From an uncultured beta proteobacterium (lineage in GTDB: Bacteria > Pseudomonadota > Gammaproteobacteria > Burkholderiales > Casimicrobiaceae): DNA of 64,000 bases. Shown in pieces: positions 60,159 through 64,000 of the stretch (within the stretch, counting starts at the first letter, position 1; each line of letters opens with the position of its first letter). The notes beneath the pieces are model-generated. The model made no database searches. It worked only from the letters and a program-made list of their open reading frames with translations, and had not been told where the DNA came from. The stretch covers positions 5,892-69,891 of the forward strand of contig CAWIAK010000015.1 of NCBI GenBank assembly GCA_963834045.1. Reading direction: 5' to 3'. The position numbers and the translations under genes are program-made.

Positions 60159-60940
60159 TTGAATCCGTTCGCACCCGAAAATCTGGCCCGCTTCACGCCG
60201 CGCGCAGGCGGCGCTGATCCACCTGGGCATCAGCGCGCTGGTCGCGGCGGCAATCTTCGCGCTCATGTTGTTCGTCTGGTATCCGAGCCCGTACTTCGCG
60301 GCCGCCGGCGGCGCGACCTTGCTGACGCTCCTCATCGGCGTCGACGTCGTCCTGGGACCGTTGCTGACGTTCGTCGTCTTCGATCCGGCCAAGAAGAGCC
60401 TGGTCTACGACCTCGCGGCCATCGTGATGCTGCAGGTTGCGGCGCTCGATCTACGGCATTCACGTGATGGCTTCGGCGCGCCCGGCGTTCGTCGTCTACC
60501 TGCGCGGCGGGTTCGACGTCGTGTCGGCGAACGACGTCGTGACCGAAGGCATGGCGCAGGCGCAACTCCCGGAATTCCAGTCGGTGCCGCTCACCGGCCC
60601 GCGCCTCGCCGCGGCGCGCGTCCCCGTCGATCCGGGAGTGCAGTTGAAGATCAGCATGGAGTCCATGACCGGCGGCCCCGACCTCACCGCTTATCCGCGC
60701 TACTACATTCCGTATGCGACGGCGTCGCGCGAAGCGGCGGCGCGCGGCAAGCCGCTGGCCAAGCTGGCCCAGGCGGGCCCGGACAATGCCGCGGCGGTCG
60801 CGAAATTCCTCGGATCGTCCGGCAAGTCCATGGACGACCTGGTCTACCTGCCACTGCACGCCCGCGCCGCGCCGATGTCGATCGTTCTCGACAAGGTGAA
60901 AGGTGACGTCGTCGGTGTCATGATGCTGGATCCGCTCTGA
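60159..60940 (+). CDS. TfpX/TfpZ (FimB-like) type IV pilin accessory protein (frameshifted)
   Basis: HLGIS, VWYP.PYF...GG, VDVVLGPLLT.VV, DL..I..LQ..AL.YG, ARP. Confidence 0.82.
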
Positions 60941-60973
60941 CCGCCAATGCGCGAAGGGTGCACGACGCCGCTC

Positions 60974-61436
60974 ATGAAATCCTGCACATCGACGATTGGA
61001 CGCTGCGCGCTTGCCGGAATAGTGCTGCTGGCCAGCGCCGGAGCGCACGCGGCGCTGCTGGTCGACGCAGCCTGGGTCATGCCGACGCCGGATCGCGCAT
61101 CGACTACGGCGTACATGGCGCTCACCAGCACCGAGGGCGCGGTCCTGAAGGAGGCGAGGTCGACGGTCGCGACCAGTGTCGTGATACGTTCGGCCGCAAC
61201 CGGCGCGCGGACCTATCCGCGACTGGCGCTGCCCGCCGGGCGTTCCCGTGCTGCTCGCGCCCGACGCGTTCCATCTGGTGCTGCGCGGACTCGCCCACCC
61301 GCTCAATGCCGGCGATCGCGTGCCGATGGTGCTGACGATCGAACTCACGAGCGGCGCGCTGCAGGAATACACCGTCAACGCCGAAGTGCGCGCGCGCGCG
61401 CCGACTGCCGACGCGAGGCCCGCGCGCAAATACTGA
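60974..61436 (+). CDS. PCuAC-like periplasmic protein (frameshift near 61245)
   Basis: Signal peptide, AWV, AYM.L, A.S.VA, LPAG..V.LAP...HL.L.GL..PL.AGD.VP..L. Confidence 0.72.
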
Positions 61437-61476
61437 CCCGGTGCAGCCGGTATAATCGAACGTTTTCCGGGCACCC

Positions 61477-62658
61477 ATGCGTCCTTCCCAGTTCCTTGCC
61501 GCGTTCCTTGCCGCGGCGCTCGTCGCCTGCACGACCTGCCATGCGCAAGTCGTCGTCGCGGCGAATGCGGCCGTCCCCGCCGCTGCTGCGCTTCCCGCGC
61601 CATCGATTGCCGCCGCCGCGCATCTGCTGCTGGATGTCACCAGCGGGCAGACGCTGGCGCAGGTCAATGCCGATGAACGCCGCGATCCGGCATCGCTGAC
61701 CAAGCTGATGACGGCGTACATCGTTTTCGGCGCGCTGCGCGCGAAGACGATCCAGCCGTCGCAGATGGTCAACGTGTCCGTGCGGGCGTGGCGCGCCGAG
61801 GGCTCGCGGATGTTCATCGACCCAAAGCACGCGGTCAGCGTGGACGAACTGGTGCACGGCATGATCATCCAGTCGGGCAACGACGCGTCGATCGCGCTGG
61901 CCGAACTGGTCGGCGGCAGCGAAGACGCGTTCGTCGCGCGCATGAACGCGGAAGCCGCGCGGCTGGGAATGGCCAACACGCACTTTGCCAACGTGACCGG
62001 GCTTTCGGCGCCGGAGCATTACTCGACCGCGGCGGACTTGGGCAGGCTCGCCAGCGCGGTGATCATCGACTACCCGGAGTTCTACCCGCTCTACGCGCAG
62101 AAGGAGTTCCGCTACAACAACATCACCCAGCCGAACCGCAACCGGCTGCTCTGGACCGATCCCAATGTCGACGGCATGAAGACCGGGCATACGGAGGCCG
62201 CGGGGTGGTGCCTCATCGCCTCCGCGAAGCATGGCGAGCGACGCGTGCTGGCCGTCGTGCTCGGCGCGAAGTCGGATGCCGCCAGGGCGGCCGAAGCGCA
62301 GAAGCTCCTGACCTGGGGGATGCAGGCGTTCGATACGGTGCAGCTCTACCAATCGGGCAAGACGATTGCGACGCTGCGCGTGTGGAAGGGGACGCGCGAT
62401 GAATTCCCCGCCGGCTTCCTGGCCGATCGCTACCTGACGCTGCCCAAAGGCAAGGCCGACAAGCTCGCGCTGGCGATGGACGCGCAGCAACCGCTGCTCG
62501 CGCCGATCGCCCGGGCGCAGCGCGTGGGGACGGTGAAGGTCACGCTGGAAGGCAAGCCCGTGGCCGAATTTCCGCTGATCGCGCTCGAGGATGTACCGGA
62601 GGCCGGACTCTTCGGGCGGGCGTGGGATACGATCCGCCTCTGGTTCAAACGCACGTGA
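61477..62658 (+). CDS. dacC: D-alanyl-D-alanine carboxypeptidase (PBP5/6)
   Basis: PASLTKLMT (SxxK), SGNDA (SxN), KTG. Confidence 0.92.
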   Translation: MRPSQFLAAFLAAALVACTTCHAQVVVAANAAVPAAAALPAPSIAAAAHLLLDVTSGQTLAQVNADERRDPASLTKLMTAYIVFGALRAKTIQPSQMVNVSVRAWRAEGSRMFIDPKHAVSVDELVHGMIIQSGNDASIALAELVGGSEDAFVARMNAEAARLGMANTHFANVTGLSAPEHYSTAADLGRLASAVIIDYPEFYPLYAQKEFRYNNITQPNRNRLLWTDPNVDGMKTGHTEAAGWCLIASAKHGERRVLAVVLGAKSDAARAAEAQKLLTWGMQAFDTVQLYQSGKTIATLRVWKGTRDEFPAGFLADRYLTLPKGKADKLALAMDAQQPLLAPIARAQRVGTVKVTLEGKPVAEFPLIALEDVPEAGLFGRAWDTIRLWFKRT

Positions 62659-62708
62659 AATCCGCCTAAGCGCGGCACCTGACCCATCCAATGGAGCGCA
62701 CACCGACC

Positions 62709-63567
62709 ATGTTCGACGCCGACCAGATTGTCTGCCTCAACGGCGAATTCATTCCGCTGGGCGAGGCGAAGGTATCCGTGCTGGACCGCGGCTTCATCTT
62801 CGGCGACGGCGTCTACGAGCTGATTCCCGTGTACGCGGGCGAGCCGTTCCGCATGCCGCATCATCTCGCGCGGCTGCAGCGCAGCCTGGACGGCATCGGC
62901 CTCCGCAATCCGCATACGGACGCGCAATGGGAGGCGCTGGTGCGCTCACTCATCGGCCGGCAGCCGTTCGCCGACCAGGGCGTCTACTTCCAGGTGACCC
63001 GCGGCGTCGCGAAGCGCGACCACACCTTTCCCAAGGACGCGGTGCCGACCGTGTTCATGATGAGCAATCCGCTGGCCACGCCGTCGCGCGAGGTCGTCGC
63101 CAAGGGCGTCGCGGTGGTCACCGCGGAGGACAACCGCTGGCACCGCTGCGACCTGAAGACCATCTCGCTGCTGGGCAACGTGCTGATGCGCCAGCTTGCC
63201 GCCGACCACGATGCGGTCGAGACGGTGATGTTCCGCGACGGCTTCCTTACCGAGGCCTCCGCGTCGAACGTGCTGGTCGTGATCGACGGCACAATCGTCG
63301 TGCCGCCGAAAGACAACCTGATCCTGCCGGGAATCACCTACGACGCGACGATGGAATTCGCGCGCGAGGCCGGCATCCCGCTGACGGTGAGGCCGGTCCC
63401 TCGGGCCGAGGCGCTTGCCGCGGACGAGATGTGGCTGTCGTCGTCGACGAAGGAAGTGATCGCGGTCACGACGGTCGACGGCAAGCCGTTCGCCGGGCGG
63501 CCAACCCGGACCGGTTTTCCGCCGGATGTGGGAGATCTTCCAGGCAAAGAAGCCCAAAGCACACTGA
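62709..63567 (+). CDS. D-amino acid aminotransferase (class IV PLP); C-terminal frameshift
   Basis: DRGFIFGDGVYE, YFQVTRG, CDLKTISLL.NV, EASASN, ILPGIT. Confidence 0.92.
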
Positions 63568-63617
63568 GGGCGCACTGATTCGGCTGCGCGCTCTGCCGAA
63601 AGTTGGCGTCGCGGTTT

Positions 63618-64000
63618 CTACTTCTCCGGAATGCCGGCCTTGCGCAATCCTGCGTAGAAATGCGTCTCGGTCTGCTGCAGGTACGCCGGTTCATTCGACA
63701 GGCGCAGCGCCTTGAGGTCGGCGATGGTCATGCCGGGCTGCTGTTTGAGCAGGATGATCTTTTCGGCTTCTGCCTTGGCGGTCTCGCCCTTCTGCGCGTA
63801 GGCGGCGACGAGGTAGGCGTGCGGAATCCAATAATCGTCCTCCGACGACCGATTTTTCGCAGGCGGCGATCGCGTCGTCGTAGCGACCGAGCGCCTGGTA
63901 GGCGCGGCAGCGTATGAGCATGGCGAGACCCGTGACGTTGGGGTCCACCGCAAAAGCCTTGTCGATCCACAGCAATGCCTCGGCAGGCTGCCCGGTATGC
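63618..64000 (-). CDS. TPR-repeat protein, C-terminal part only (frameshifted)
   Basis: LGRYDDAIAACEK, YLVAAYAQKG...A, terminal GLRKAG.P, typical of TPR tails of cyclase/TolB-like signalling proteins. Confidence 0.7.
   Translation of the reverse strand, partial: IPGSLPRHCCGSTRLLRWTPTSRVSPCSYAAAPTRRSVATTTRSPPAKNRSSEDDYWIPHAYLVAAYAQKGETAKAEAEKIILLKQQPGMTIADLKALRLSNEPAYLQQTETHFYAGLRKAGIPEK

Overview
A GC-rich betaproteobacterial chromosome segment (Burkholderiales/Nitrosomonadales-like gene content and order; the genus cannot be assigned from sequence alone), made almost entirely of core genes. In order: topB-dprA-lysM, def-fmt-rsmB-DUF4390-ntrY-ntrX-kup, rpoH, ftsY, rsmD-coaD-fdx, a dynamin-like GTPase, mutM, TPR-lolB-ispE-tRNA-Gln-prs-rplY-pth-ychF, dapF-DUF484-xerC, torF-glnK-amtB, ubiK-comM, a DUF3683 oxidoreductase, a tandem glycine riboswitch with gcvTHP-dadA, and dacC-dat. 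Many essential genes carry single-base frameshifts. I read these as long-read consensus errors, so the genes are called as CDS with approximate ends. I saw no CRISPR array, prophage, transposase or rRNA, and no large novel multi-gene system. The best leads are mostly non-coding: (1) a structured amtB 3' trailer with anti-Shine-Dalgarno motifs, a candidate nitrogen-regulated sRNA; (2) the same sigma54 plus TGT-N11-ACA enhancer layout in front of two unrelated PEP-CTERM genes; (3) a palindromic insert at an ATGA stop/start junction that appears to preserve translational coupling; (4) two alternating purine-pyrimidine (Z-DNA-prone) tracts between dprA and the topoisomerase gene; (5) a CIRCE operator overlapping a sigmaE promoter at rpoH; (6) a PCuAC-like protein lacking most copper ligands. 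All family calls come from motif recognition by eye, not database searches.
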